NCBI GenBank assembly: GCA_963827235.1
Contig: CAWHAE010000008.1
Location: 256,001 to 320,000, forward strand
DNA length: 64,000 nt
Direction of reading: 5' to 3'
Source of the DNA: an uncultured bacterium
GTDB lineage: Bacteria; Chloroflexota; UBA5177; JANWHV01
Below, piece after piece: positions 1 through 12,311 of this stretch (its first letter is position 1; each line of letters starts with the position of its first letter). Under the pieces are notes generated by a model. It ran no database searches, was not told the origin of the DNA, and saw only the letters and a list, made by a program, of their open reading frames with translations. A program made the position numbers and the translations under genes.

Positions 1-325
1 CGGCCGCTTGCTTCCGGGCGCGCGATATGAGCGGCGACTGTTCGTCGAGCGCGATCTCACTTCGGGGCTGAGACGGACGCGGAGTCTGGGGAGGAGGCGC
101 CGCTCGCGCTGGTTCTGGCGCCCGCCGGGAGAGAATGGCCTTGGGCATGGCCAGGATTCGGGCGTTTTCGCCGCCCATACCGAGAAACCCTTTGCTGCCC
201 TCGCTGATCACGGTGACGTCGATCTCCTCAGCAGAAAGTCCGAGTCGCTGCTGCGCCTCGGCTATAGCATCGGCGACCGTCTTCGCGCTCACGGTAATGC
301 TCTGGCTGCCCCGCTCACTGGTCAC
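1..325 (-). CDS. jag: Jag/EloR/KhpB RNA-binding protein, N-terminal part (runs off window start)
   Basis: Not in ORF track. Manual translation from GTG at 325 (overlaps yidC stop): MTSERGSQSITVSAKTVADAIAEAQQRLGLSAEEIDVTVISEGSKGFLGMGGENARI = Jag_N signature; canonical position after yidC. Confidence 0.9.
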   Translation of the reverse strand, partial: MTSERGSQSITVSAKTVADAIAEAQQRLGLSAEEIDVTVISEGSKGFLGMGGENARILAMPKAILSRRAPEPARAAPPPQTPRPSQPRSEIALDEQSPLISRARKQAA

Positions 326-1320
326 TTTTTCGCTCCTTTGGCGCTCGGTCTCCCTCTGGAACTACCGCGCGCGTGTCGCTGCGCATAGCGATCCATCTTC
401 GTGGAAGGGACCGCGGCACCGTTCCCTGCACTCTCATCGGGGGCCACGTCCTCCCGTTTGCGCGCGTCGAGCTGCCGTGTCATCTGGGCTCGAGCCTGGG
501 CTTCCTTGGCCGCCACTGCCCGTGACACCACGCCTCCCTGCCTGTTCCTTGCCGCAGCAGGGCCCGACGAATCGGCATACGGAATCGAGAACGGGTCGGT
601 GAAGAGGCAACCGAAGCCGCCCACGAAGTACTGGATGCACATCATCATGATGTTCGACGTGACCCAGTACACGGCGAGCCCGGACGGATAGGTCCAGGCG
701 AACACTACGATCATGATCGGGAAGAACTGCATGATCTGGTTCATCTGCCGCTGTTGGGGGTCATTCGTGGGATTGAGCATCATCCGCTGCTGAATCCACT
801 GCGTGATGCCTGCGACGATCGGCAGGATATGGGTTGGGTCTGCCTTGCCGAGGCCGTTGTACAGCCAGATGAAGTCCGCCTGGTAGAGATCCCAATGTGG
901 GAGCTTGGGAAGGCTGGACGCAAGGGTATGGCCGGGGTGGAGGGCTACCCAGGTCTTGATCTTGGCCGAGTCATTGGCCAGGTTCCTGAGCACCAGGAAT
1001 AAGCTCCAGAGGATCGGTATCTGAACCAGGGGCAGAATGCAGCCCAGAGCAGGATTGTGATTGTGCTCGCGATAGAGCTCCATCATCGCCTTGGAGAGCG
1101 CTTCGCGATCTTGCCCGTGCTTCTTCTGCAGCTCTTTGATCTGGGGGCTGAGAATCTGCATCTTCTTCGCGGAGCGCAGCTGGACCACGTACAACGGCGC
1201 CAGCACCCCACGAATAATGACGGTGAATATTATGATTGCCACGCCGTAATTGAGCGTGAGATGCGTGAGATTGGTAATCAGCCAGTACAATGGTCTTTGG
1301 AAGACCAGGAAGATATCCAC
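322..1320 (-). CDS. yidC: Membrane protein insertase YidC/Oxa1 (short monoderm type)
   Basis: NYGVAIIIFTVIIR, GCILPLVQIPILW, DPTHILP, PSGLAVYWVTSN motifs; synteny rpmH-rnpA-yidD-yidC-jag. Confidence 0.95.
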   Translation of the reverse strand: MDIFLVFQRPLYWLITNLTHLTLNYGVAIIIFTVIIRGVLAPLYVVQLRSAKKMQILSPQIKELQKKHGQDREALSKAMMELYREHNHNPALGCILPLVQIPILWSLFLVLRNLANDSAKIKTWVALHPGHTLASSLPKLPHWDLYQADFIWLYNGLGKADPTHILPIVAGITQWIQQRMMLNPTNDPQQRQMNQIMQFFPIMIVVFAWTYPSGLAVYWVTSNIMMMCIQYFVGGFGCLFTDPFSIPYADSSGPAAARNRQGGVVSRAVAAKEAQARAQMTRQLDARKREDVAPDESAGNGAAVPSTKMDRYAQRHARGSSRGRPSAKGAKK

Positions 1321-1353
1321 GGGGGCCTTCTCCTGCCGCAGGTGCCCTGCTGG

Positions 1354-1563
1354 CTATGGCACCGGGTCGTAACCGCCCTTGTTCCAGGGATGGCAACGTC
1401 CGAGCCGCCTACACGATAGTTGCAAGCCTTTGAGCGCTCCGTACCGGCTAATCGCCTCTTCGCAATACGCCGAACAGGTAGGGTAGAACCGGCAGGAGGT
1501 CGGCAGGAGTGGGCTAATCACTCGTCGATACAACCACACGACGCCGATCAGTATGTGTTTCAT
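1354..1563 (-). CDS. yidD: Membrane protein insertion efficiency factor YidD
   Basis: [41 protein letters not shown]; start trimmed to MKHILIG at 1563. Confidence 0.95.
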   Translation of the reverse strand: MKHILIGVVWLYRRVISPLLPTSCRFYPTCSAYCEEAISRYGALKGLQLSCRRLGRCHPWNKGGYDPVP

Positions 1564-1631
1564 CTGTACCGCGTCTGACTGGGAGGATCCCAATCTGCTC
1601 CATCGTCTCCACGCAAGCAAACGCGCCCCAC

Positions 1632-1979
1632 CTAGGGCACGGTCTGAAATAGGCGGGCAGTCACGAATTGGCGCTTGAGGGCATCTGCAACCTCGCCGAA
1701 TTGTCGCGCGGCCAACGCGGGTCTGCATATGATTACGATATCGAATCCGGGCCGCAGCTGGGGCAAGAAGCTGCGCACGATCTCACGCAGCACGCGCTTG
1801 ACGTGGTTTCGCACATGAGCCTTTCCCACCCGTTTGCTCACAGTGAACCCGACCCGCGTCACCGGCCCTCCTGTACATACGGCCGTTACCACCAGCCAAG
1901 AATGCGACCAGGCGCGGCCCTCACGGCGCACGCGCGCAAAATCTACCGCACGACGCAAGCGATGCTCACGTGGCAACAT
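1632..1979 (-). CDS. rnpA: Ribonuclease P protein component
   Basis: [26 protein letters not shown] (RNR motif); synteny. Confidence 0.95.
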   Translation of the reverse strand: MLPREHRLRRAVDFARVRREGRAWSHSWLVVTAVCTGGPVTRVGFTVSKRVGKAHVRNHVKRVLREIVRSFLPQLRPGFDIVIICRPALAARQFGEVADALKRQFVTARLFQTVP

Positions 1980-1988
1980 CGATTCGCG

Positions 1989-2123
1989 CTAAATCGTCAG
2001 GCTATGACGTCCTTTGAGCCTGCGAGCCTTGAGCACGCGCCGTCCGTTCGATGTTGCCATGCGGGCGCGAAACCCATGCTTACGCTGCCGCTTCAGCTTC
2101 TTCGGTTGCCACGTTCGCTTCAT
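1989..2123 (-). CDS. rpmH: 50S ribosomal protein L34
   Basis: Below ORF-track cutoff; manual translation [44 protein letters not shown] (44 aa). Confidence 0.97.
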   Translation of the reverse strand: MKRTWQPKKLKRQRKHGFRARMATSNGRRVLKARRLKGRHSLTI

Positions 2124-2152
2124 GGAGTAAGGATCTCCCCCTCTACCGGTCA

Positions 2153-2192
2153 AGTATAGCAAAGGCCCGGGTTAACGGCCTTCAAGATTATA
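2153..2192 (-). promoter_or_regulatory. Two sigma70-type -10 elements upstream of rpmH
   Basis: Minus strand TATAAT (2187-2192) and extended TGCTATACT (2153-2161). Confidence 0.5.
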
Positions 2193-2337
2193 GCGGTTCG
2201 TGCGCACTGATCGGAAACCGGAATGTGAACCGCCCAGTCCGCTCAGCGTCCAGTGCGCATCTGCCGATCCCGGAGTTCTCTCGCCTTGTAGCAGAGCGCG
2301 CTTGCCGGCGCGGCGAGGTGCGCCGGCATTTCCGGTG

Positions 2338-2943
2338 TTACCACCACGAAGAGTATCGCTCCTCGGTCCACGGGTCACCCCGCATGTGATAACCATTCTG
2401 CTCCCAGAAGCCGGGCTCTTCGTGATCGAGGAATTCCACGCCCCGTACCCACTTGACGCTCTTCCAGAAGTAGAGATGCGGCACCACGAGCCGGAGCGGC
2501 CACCCGTGATCAGGCTCCAGATCCTGCCCGTCATGCTTCAGCGCGAACAGGTTCTCGTTGCGGTCGAAGTCGCTCAGAGCGAGGTTCGCCGTGAATCCCT
2601 GCTCTGCATGCACCAGCACGTGCGACGCGCTGGGCGCCGGTCGCGCCCTGGCCAGGATCTCCGCCACCGAAACACCTTCCCAGGAGTTGTCGAGCCTGGA
2701 CCAGCGCGTCACACAGTGAATATCGTTTTCGCATGTGACGCGAGGTAGCTCGAGAAACCTTCCCCACGTCAACGACAGCGGCTCCTCGACGAGTCCCCAT
2801 ATGCGAAACTCCCAGGAGGCGAGATCGACTTTGGGGACCTTTCCGTAGTGAAGGACCGGCCACTTGGCCGTGAGCGTCTGACCCGGCGGCACGCGGTTGG
2901 CGGTCTTGGGTGTCGACGGGTTCTGCCCGAAGAGCGGCATCAT
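2338..2943 (-). CDS. Sulfite oxidase-like molybdopterin oxidoreductase (single domain)
   Basis: RVPPGQ, DIHCVTRWS (Mo-ligating Cys), HGWPLRLVVPHLYFWKSVKW, GFWEQNGYH motifs. Confidence 0.92.
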   Translation of the reverse strand: MMPLFGQNPSTPKTANRVPPGQTLTAKWPVLHYGKVPKVDLASWEFRIWGLVEEPLSLTWGRFLELPRVTCENDIHCVTRWSRLDNSWEGVSVAEILARARPAPSASHVLVHAEQGFTANLALSDFDRNENLFALKHDGQDLEPDHGWPLRLVVPHLYFWKSVKWVRGVEFLDHEEPGFWEQNGYHMRGDPWTEERYSSWW

Positions 2944-3206
2944 ACCTCGATTCAGATCGGTGCTTACCTGTGTTGAGCGTAACATGGTTGGCGGATCGTC
3001 TCTCTACCGTCTACCCTTAGCAGGTGAGCAACCGTCCGGCACGGTTTCGGCTCGGAGTGCGTCGTCTACCGGTTGGACCTGGTGACAGCGTAGGCCCGGC
3101 TGCCGCGCACGAGCATATCGAGATCTTGAGGCAGATTCGGCAGCAGCAGCAACCGTACGCCCGGTGACGCGGGTGTACGGTGATTTGATAGCAGGACCAC
3201 ACACTT

Positions 3207-4718
3207 GTGAAGGGTGTTGGCGTGACCACGGAGCCCGCTGCAAAGTCGCCGGCGCCCACTGTGCCGGAGCCGGCCAGGGACCTGCTGTGGGCTGCCGCGA
3301 TGGTCGCTTCCGCGGTTCTCTACTACGAGCTGTCGAGCTTCGCGCTCAGTTTGTTGTTTCTGGCCTGTCTCGCATGCCTGTGCTGGGCGCGCACCCCGCT
3401 TGCCGTGGCGCTGGTACCCCTAGCCGTTCCGCTGCACATGCTGCCGAAGACGCTTCATGTAGGGCACGACCCGATCTTCTCCCTTGGCGAGACGGTGATC
3501 GTGTTGATTACCCTGGTGGTGGCGGCGCAGGAGTTGGTGGAGTACGCCCGTGATCCTCGGCAGGTCAGTCTTCTCCGCCGATTTGTGCCGGCAACGCCGT
3601 TTCTCTGGCCGGCCCTGTTGTTCTTCGTCGCCGCGACCATCGCAACGGCGGCGGCCCAGTTCCACACCGTTGCCTTGCGCGGCTATCGCTGGTGGATCAT
3701 CGAGCCCATGCTCTACTACTGGCTCATCCTGAAGCGTCTCCGCGGTCCGCGGGGAGCCACACTGCTCGTGCTGGCACTCGCTGCGGCGGGCTCCGTGATA
3801 TCCGCTCTTGGAGCATGGCAGATCCTGTTCCGGCCGCACGACCTGGTCAACGCGAGCACCATCGGTCAGCACTTCGTAGCCGCCGTGTATCAGAATGAGA
3901 ACAATCTGTCCCTTCTCATCGATCGCGCCCTACCCGCGGCTCTCGCGCTGATCCTGGCTCCTGGGTGGGTGCCGCTATTCGCTGCCGGCCGCGAGCCAGG
4001 CTCTCGACGGATCGATGAGCACTGGATTCAAGGGGCGCTGCTTTGCGCTTCGGCGCTCATGGTCTACATCCTTTTTCGCACCGGCTCGCGCGGAGGCGAG
4101 GTTGCGGCGGTCGTCTGCGCGGCGGCATTGGTCCTCGTCTGTCAGTGGCGAAGGAAACCCGCTCTGGCCGGCCTAGCCGCACTGGCTATCGTGGCGCTGC
4201 TCTTAGCGCACTACCGCGTGAGCACGTTTCTGAGCGGAGGCCACGGACTCTCCAACGGCGCTCACCAATCCGTTTGGCGCAGTGCGCTACGTATGGTGCG
4301 CGACCACCCCATTGTAGGCGTTGGCCCGGACAACTTCCTCTACTATTACTCCAACGACGATGCTTGCGCTCCTCACCACATCGCGCACTGGTACTACAGC
4401 CAGGATAACCAGACGAACTTTGAGCGCTGCATCTCCCACCCGCACAACATGTTCCTCGATTTCTGGCTCAGTACCGGCCTTCTGGGACTGGTGGCCGCCC
4501 TGGCACTGCTCGGCCTGTTCGCCGTGCTCGGACTACGCTTGCTGCGGAGGGCAGATGCCTCGCGCAAGGGGCCACTTCTGGGTGCCCTGGCAGCCATGCT
4601 GGCCCTGGTGGTTCACGGCGAAGTGGACAATTCCTATTTCTTGCCGGATCTGGCCGTCTACTTCTGGCTATGCATCGGCGTCGTCACGATCCTGCACGCC
4701 GCCGAAGGGGCGCCCTGA
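3207..4718 (+). CDS. O-antigen ligase-like (Wzy_C) membrane protein / putative O-oligosaccharyltransferase
   Basis: Many TM helices; TGSRGG, W..ALRMVRDHPIVGVGPDNF, HPHNMFLDFWLSTGLLG motifs. Confidence 0.88.
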   Translation: MKGVGVTTEPAAKSPAPTVPEPARDLLWAAAMVASAVLYYELSSFALSLLFLACLACLCWARTPLAVALVPLAVPLHMLPKTLHVGHDPIFSLGETVIVLITLVVAAQELVEYARDPRQVSLLRRFVPATPFLWPALLFFVAATIATAAAQFHTVALRGYRWWIIEPMLYYWLILKRLRGPRGATLLVLALAAAGSVISALGAWQILFRPHDLVNASTIGQHFVAAVYQNENNLSLLIDRALPAALALILAPGWVPLFAAGREPGSRRIDEHWIQGALLCASALMVYILFRTGSRGGEVAAVVCAAALVLVCQWRRKPALAGLAALAIVALLLAHYRVSTFLSGGHGLSNGAHQSVWRSALRMVRDHPIVGVGPDNFLYYYSNDDACAPHHIAHWYYSQDNQTNFERCISHPHNMFLDFWLSTGLLGLVAALALLGLFAVLGLRLLRRADASRKGPLLGALAAMLALVVHGEVDNSYFLPDLAVYFWLCIGVVTILHAAEGAP

Positions 4719-4729
4719 CCTGGGCGGTC

Positions 4730-5035
4730 TCAGAAGTTGGTGCTGAACTGCTTGTTGAGGTAGTTCGCCACAGAGTCCACGGTCGTCGACATGGTTGGGA
4801 ACACCGTGATGAAGGCGACGACGCCGATCGCGACGATGATCACGAACTCCAGCAACACCAGAGTCTCCTCGGAGAGCACTGTATTGCGGAGCGACTCAGC
4901 CATCTGTTCGAAGATCGAGGCACGCCGAACGCGCACCGCGGGCGCAGGCGGAACGCGCACCCGTACCTTCGGAGACGGCGCCTGCGTCTGCGGTAGGCCC
5001 TGAGGGTCCTCGGGCAATTGCGTCGACGAAGCCAT
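4730..5035 (-). CDS. Small single-TM protein with Flp/Tad pilin-like C-terminal half
   Basis: EETLVLLEFVIIVAIGVVAFITVFPTMSTTVDSVANYLNKQF resembles the Flp E-Y/F hydrophobic helix; RBS (GAGGAG) and -10 TAGAAT upstream. Confidence 0.55.
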   Translation of the reverse strand: MASSTQLPEDPQGLPQTQAPSPKVRVRVPPAPAVRVRRASIFEQMAESLRNTVLSEETLVLLEFVIIVAIGVVAFITVFPTMSTTVDSVANYLNKQFSTNF

Positions 5036-5267
5036 TAGGGGACTCTCCTCATGCTCATTCTATCGCGGCACCGCTCCACGACCCGGATTGAGTCTCGCAG
5101 CCTCGTGCCCCGCCTGACTCTCGCGCATCAACGTCATGGACAGGACATGTCTGCCGGCACACCGATCGTGCGCGGGCTATGGCCACCCGCGCCTCCACGT
5201 CGGGATTGTATCACGCCGTACAGGCTTATCGTCCAGCATGGTAGGTCGAGTTGCGGGCGGAGCGGCC

Positions 5268-7647
5268 TCACCTTCGCGGCAGTACCACCGCCTGTTTGAT
5301 TCCATCTGCGACGACCGTGCCGGGGCGAGAGCGATCCTGGAGCGGCAGATCCCGCACTTCCAGCACGATCGCCCTCCCTGCGCCGTCCACCGCTTCAAGG
5401 GAAGCCCGTTCGTCGACGCTGAACACGCTTACCACGGGGCCCGACTTGTCGCTGATGCGTATGCTCTTCACTCCGCTGCCGTCGCGCCCCTGGACCGGGT
5501 ACTCGTGGACGGCAGTCCTGCGTCCAACCCCGGCGGCCGTGAGGACCACTATCTGCGACGTACCGTGCACCACCATGCCTTGCACGACCGAGTCGCCTTC
5601 GTCGAGACGTATGGCACGCACGCCGCCCGCTACCCGCTTGGTTGCCCGCACGTCGTCGAGCGAGAATCGAATTGCTTTACCCTGCCGGGTGTGGAGCAGT
5701 GTCTCCGCCTCCCCTGACGCTGTCTCGACCGTGAGCAGCTCGTCGGCCTGGTCGAGGTTGATTGCGACGACGGGCGCCGAGCGCGCGTGCAGGTAATCCG
5801 CGGCAGGCGTGCGCTTCACCTGGCCCTGCCGGGTACAAAAGACCAGGTAGGGCGGCACATTCGCGCCGACGGCGACTACGGATACGATCCGCTCGCCGGC
5901 CGCCAGGTCTACCAGCGTCGCAACAGCTACGCCGTGATCGCTCCTCCGTGCCACCGGCGAGATCTTGTGTACGAAAACGCCGTGGCAGGCGCCGGAGGCG
6001 GTGAACAGGAGAAGCAGGTCCCGCACATTACACGTGACGTACTCGTGAGGCGTCTCGCGGGCACTGGCGCGCCCGCCGAATTGATCGAGCCGCTTGAGCG
6101 TGCCGTCGTCACCAAGAGCGACCACAGTCGATAGGTTGGGCACCAGATCCTCGATACTGGTTGGCACGTTGGCCGCGTCGTCGACGATGCGCGTGCGGCG
6201 ATCATCGCCGAAGCGTTGCTGCAGGTCGCGAAGCTCGGCGACCATGATGTCCAGGATTTTGCGAGGCGAGGCCAGCACGGCCTCGAGCTCGCGGACCAGG
6301 CGCTGGACCTCGACGCAGCTCGTCCACGATCTTCTTCCGCTCGAGCTGGGAGAGTCGAGCCAACCGCATGTCGAGGATGGCGCGTGCCTGGGTGGGGGTA
6401 AGGCCCAGCCGCTCCACCAGGGCCTTGAGCGCGGCGTCCGTCGACTGCGCTGCTCTGATCAGAGCGATCACCGTGTCGAGAGAGCCCAGTGCCTTGTTGA
6501 GGCCTTCGAGCACGTGCAACCTGCTGCTTGCCTCGTCAAGGTCGAATTGTGTGCGCGCTGTGATCACCGACTTGCGATGATCGATGAACACGTTGAGGGC
6601 GCGCTTGAGAGTAATCTGGTGCGGGCTGCCGTCGATAAGACCCAACATGTTGATGCCGAACGTGATCTCCAGGTTCGACTTCTGATAGAGAGTCGTGAGC
6701 ACCTTGGCTGGGTCGGCGTCTCGCTTCAAGTCGATGGCGATGCGCATGCCACTGCGGTCGGATTCGTCTCGCATGGCGGCAATGCCCTCAAGCTTTCGAT
6801 CTCGTACCAGGTCAGAGATGGACTCGATGAGCTGCGACTTCTTCACCTGATACGGCAGCTCGGAGATTGCGATCGTCTGGCGCCCTCTTCCGTCGTCTTC
6901 AATGCTGGCCACGCCGCGCAGCAGGATGCGGCCCTGACCGGTGGCGTATGCGCGATCGATCCCTTCGCGACCGACGATGATGCCCCCGGTGGGAAAGTCG
7001 GGCCCAGGCATGGCGGCGACGAGAGCGTCGGACGGTGTGTCCGGCGCGTTCGCCAGCATGATGATCGCTTCGCTCAGCTCGCGCAGATTGTGAGGCGGCA
7101 CATTCGTCGCCATACCCACGGCGATGCCGTCGGCTCCATTCAGCATGAAGAGCGGCACTTTGCCCGGCAGTACCGCCGGCTCCCGCATCGAGCTGTCGAA
7201 GTTGTCGACGAACGGCACGGTGTTCTTCTCAAGATCGGAGAGCAGCTCCTCGGCCAGCTCGGTGAGGCGCACCTCGGTATAGCGCATCGCCGCCGCGTTG
7301 TCGCCGTCGATCGAGCCGAAATTGCCTTGTCCATCTACCAGCGGGTAGCGCAGGCTGAAGCTCTGCGCGAGACGGACCAGCGCATCGTATACAGCTGTGT
7401 CGCCGTGCGGGTGGTACTTGCCGAGCACGTCGCCCACGATGCGGGCGCTCTTCTTGTATGCGCTGTCGTGGCGAAGGCCAAGCTCGTACATGCCGTAAAG
7501 CACGCGACGCTGCACCGGCTTGAGCCCGTCGCGGACGTCAGGCAGGGCACGCGCGGTAATGACGCTCATCGCGTAGTCGACGTAAGCCTCGCGCATCTTG
7601 TCGTCAAGATCGACGTCCAGGATCGATAGAGCGGGTGCGTCTGCCAT
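5268..7647 (-). CDS. gyrA: Type IIA topoisomerase subunit A (GyrA/ParC family), frameshifted near 6310-6315
   Basis: [29 protein letters not shown] (catalytic Tyr); ORFs 6202-7647 and 5268-6278 join by a 1-nt shift (..KIVDEL / [18 protein letters not shown]..); beta-pinwheel CTD lacking the GyrA-box, so possibly ParC-like. Confidence 0.9.
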
Positions 7648-7659
7648 CTGTCATATACC

Positions 7660-9756
<2,097 letters not shown>

Positions 9757-9804
9757 TCAGTGGCTGTCCTAGACCGGTCCATCAATGCACGCGCCACTAA
9801 GTAC

Positions 9805-9820
9805 TAGAACATTTATACTA
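9805..9820. promoter_or_regulatory. Candidate LexA (SOS) box overlapping a -10-like element facing gyrB
   Basis: TAGAACATTTATACTA, 2 mismatches from TAGAAC-N4-GTTCTA, in an AT-rich patch. Confidence 0.45.
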
Positions 9821-10060
9821 AGATCCTGATTGTCGCATGAAGAACTAGCCCGGTCAAGAGCACCAGGATACACGAATATGATCGCCCGACCGGCCAAGCT
9901 GCGTATAGGTAGCCCGTGGGATTCGCCGCGCTAAGGGTAACATCTTCCGGGCTAGACGGCAGCGTCTGTACTAACGTCTTGCCTCCCCCGGGACAACCGC
10001 GCGAAGGCCTCCCGCTATCCGACCCATCCATCGGGCAGTGGCGCGGCCATTGCATCGTCG

Positions 10061-10099
10061 CGAGCGTCATACCGACCGGCCCGGTCGGTGTGACGCTCG
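10061..10099 (+). repeat. 39-bp near-perfect inverted repeat
   Basis: CGAGCGTCATACCGACCGG-C-CCGGTCGGTGTGACGCTCG; the single deviation is a U-G wobble on the + strand. Confidence 0.9.
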
Positions 10100-10177
10100 A
10101 TACAGACAGCAGGTGGGCAATCTGATTCACTGTCGATGGCAAGAACACGTTAGCCCACAAGGCCAGGAAACAGAACG

Positions 10178-10363
10178 ATGGAACCCGAAATCACGGCAGT
10201 GCAGCCGGTACCGAGCAAGCCTAATCGGCGTCGCGAGCAGGAAGCGTCGCGGAATCGGCCGGTCGTGCATGGCATCGTGCAGTATCTCGGCCACCGGCCG
10301 GACCCCAAGCATGACCGGAAGCGAGTGGCCAGACTGATACGGCAGGCAAGGCGTCGTCGCTAG
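10178..10363 (+). CDS. Putative small basic protein (61 aa)
   Basis: Intergenic ORF with purine-rich upstream AGGA and a downstream GAACAC...GTGTTC hairpin; no recognised family. Confidence 0.4.
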   Translation: MEPEITAVQPVPSKPNRRREQEASRNRPVVHGIVQYLGHRPDPKHDRKRVARLIRQARRRR

Positions 10364-10635
10364 AACACCGGCGCACCGGCCCGGCGTGTTCAGCTCAACA
10401 CCGTGCGGAACTCGCCGGACGCTCAAGGCAGTCCAGCACTCGAGCCGCCCATCCGGCCACCCTCGGCGCCGGCTCCCCTTGCCGAGGCACCCGCGACGCC
10501 GTGGCCGCCCGCCGCTGCCCGCACGGCGTCTGAGATGGGTTATGCCCTCAGCGGCCGGCGTTTCCCCGTTTAGCCGGCCGCTGTGCATGCCGAATCGCGG
10601 CACGGGCTAGCTCTGGGGGCACCGCTACACCCGGG

Positions 10636-11289
10636 TCAGGACAGTGAGAACGGCGGATACTGGTCGTGAATTCCGTAGATGTAGGTGAGGACCCGCGTTG
10701 ACCATCTGATCGTGCCGCCGTACAAGAGCAGACCCCACTGCGGGTAGCGGCCGGTCGTCACAACCGGTATCCAGGTAACCAGCATGAGCAGGGAGCAGAC
10801 CATGCCGAGCACGCCAAGTGCGATGAAGTGCGGGATACAGATGATGTACTTCAACGCGATGCCGACGACGGGAATTGCCCACAGTCGGCTTGGCTGCTCG
10901 TTGAACGGCCACGTGATGCTCACATCGCCTGAGCCGGCGTCGTCGGAGAAGCTGAAGGATGGATACTTGTCCTGTATGCCGGTCATGTAGGCGGCGATCC
11001 GGCTGCCCCAACGGACGTAGCCCCCGTACAGCATGTCGGCAAATCCGGCGTATTTGCCCACGAAGAGTACCGGAATCCAGGTCACGAGCGAGGCAAGTTG
11101 TACGATGATCCCGACAATGTACATCGCGATGAAGAAGGGTATGAGCATGATCCCCTTCAGCGCGAGGCCGATGATGGGTACCGCATAGAGTTTGTTGCGA
11201 TACTCGACGTCCGGGAAAGTGACGGCCACCGGATGAATCCCCGCGGTGCCCGAGTACTGTCCCCTCTCACCGGGATAGGTTGCGTTCAA
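10636..11289 (-). CDS. DUF4389-type membrane protein (two internal repeats)
   Basis: Twice-repeated WIPV..G.Y...YGG.IRW..R...Y..GI.D.YP.FS; likely TTG start at 11289 behind GGAGG. Confidence 0.8.
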   Translation of the reverse strand: MNATYPGERGQYSGTAGIHPVAVTFPDVEYRNKLYAVPIIGLALKGIMLIPFFIAMYIVGIIVQLASLVTWIPVLFVGKYAGFADMLYGGYVRWGSRIAAYMTGIQDKYPSFSFSDDAGSGDVSITWPFNEQPSRLWAIPVVGIALKYIICIPHFIALGVLGMVCSLLMLVTWIPVVTTGRYPQWGLLLYGGTIRWSTRVLTYIYGIHDQYPPFSLS

Positions 11290-11655
11290 GACAATCCTCC
11301 CATCTACTCGGCCGTACTGCGCGTCGTGATCGAGTCTGCCGCCACTACTATACCTACCACTTTGCACTTGCGCAACAGGAAACCGCTGTCTTCAACTCCG
11401 CGTTCTGGATCCACCGGGGCGTAGATCGAGCGAGCGCTCGGCAGCAGGTGGGAACATAGAAAGTGGGCGGGACTACGCCCGAAGTCGTCCCCCTCAGGCA
11501 CGTTCAGCTTGCCCGCAGTGCGACACGTTATCGACAGGCGGTTCCGCGAGCGCGGCCGCCCCGACAGGAGCGGGGAATAGCATGAGAAATGGCCCACCCG
11601 GCAGACTACACCCGCCGACATTGGGTCGTGCGACCCCGGCACAGCGCTATGCGCC

Positions 11656-12198
11656 TCAGACGAACGCAGTTCTCACGAAAAGACTGCCTGCGCCAAGCAG
11701 TCCCCGCCTGGACACGTCGACAATCGCCATCTCCTCGGTAGGAGTCTGGGTGGTGAACCGCTTCTGCACGTACATGCCGACCGGAGGTGCCAGGAAGAGC
11801 GACACGAGCGATGCCAGGATGGCGCGGCTGTACCTGTTGCGGCGGGGTGGTATCTCACCCACCAGCACCGACGAGAGGCCAGCCATCATGCCCGCCACTG
11901 CCAGGTTGGTTCCGCACCGTGGATGGATGGCCATCTCCGGCTCGCCGTTTCGCAGTCGTTGCAGGGCTTCATCGGCGCACTCCAGCAGGTCTTCCTCGGT
12001 CACTTCGCCATGCACGTAGAATCCTCGGGCGGTGGAGCGCCCACGCAGCACTGCCCGGGGGTTGCGCTGTGTGAGTAGCAGAATGGTCGCGTGCTCCAAG
12101 GCATGGTTTTGGCGGACTCGCGGTCCAAGGAGCATCTGTTCGACAATGTCGTGCGGCCTGCCCATGCGGTTGGTCCTCCGATACTCAGCCCTGGACAC
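11656..12198 (-). CDS. DUF6391-type protein
   Basis: RQNHALEHATI, A.HPRCGTNL motifs typical of this Chloroflexi/cyanobacterial family. Confidence 0.75.
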   Translation of the reverse strand: MSRAEYRRTNRMGRPHDIVEQMLLGPRVRQNHALEHATILLLTQRNPRAVLRGRSTARGFYVHGEVTEEDLLECADEALQRLRNGEPEMAIHPRCGTNLAVAGMMAGLSSVLVGEIPPRRNRYSRAILASLVSLFLAPPVGMYVQKRFTTQTPTEEMAIVDVSRRGLLGAGSLFVRTAFV

Positions 12199-12311
12199 GG
12201 GCTATCCGCACTGCGGACGGCTGACGCCGAGCAACTGCTCGGTCCGCCCGCGATTGGTGCCATCCGGCTGGCGCAACTGTCCTGTGCTGCGCACGGGTGA
12301 CTCCCTGCGGC

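Noticed and set aside
6202-6320. gyrA as a genuinely split gene or programmed frameshift
   Set aside because: No slippery sequence; the break falls inside the coiled-coil; other indels in the window point to sequence error.
9800-9830. AT-rich patch as a dif site
   Set aside because: The left part resembles CTAGAA but the conserved XerD arm (TTATGT.AA) is absent.
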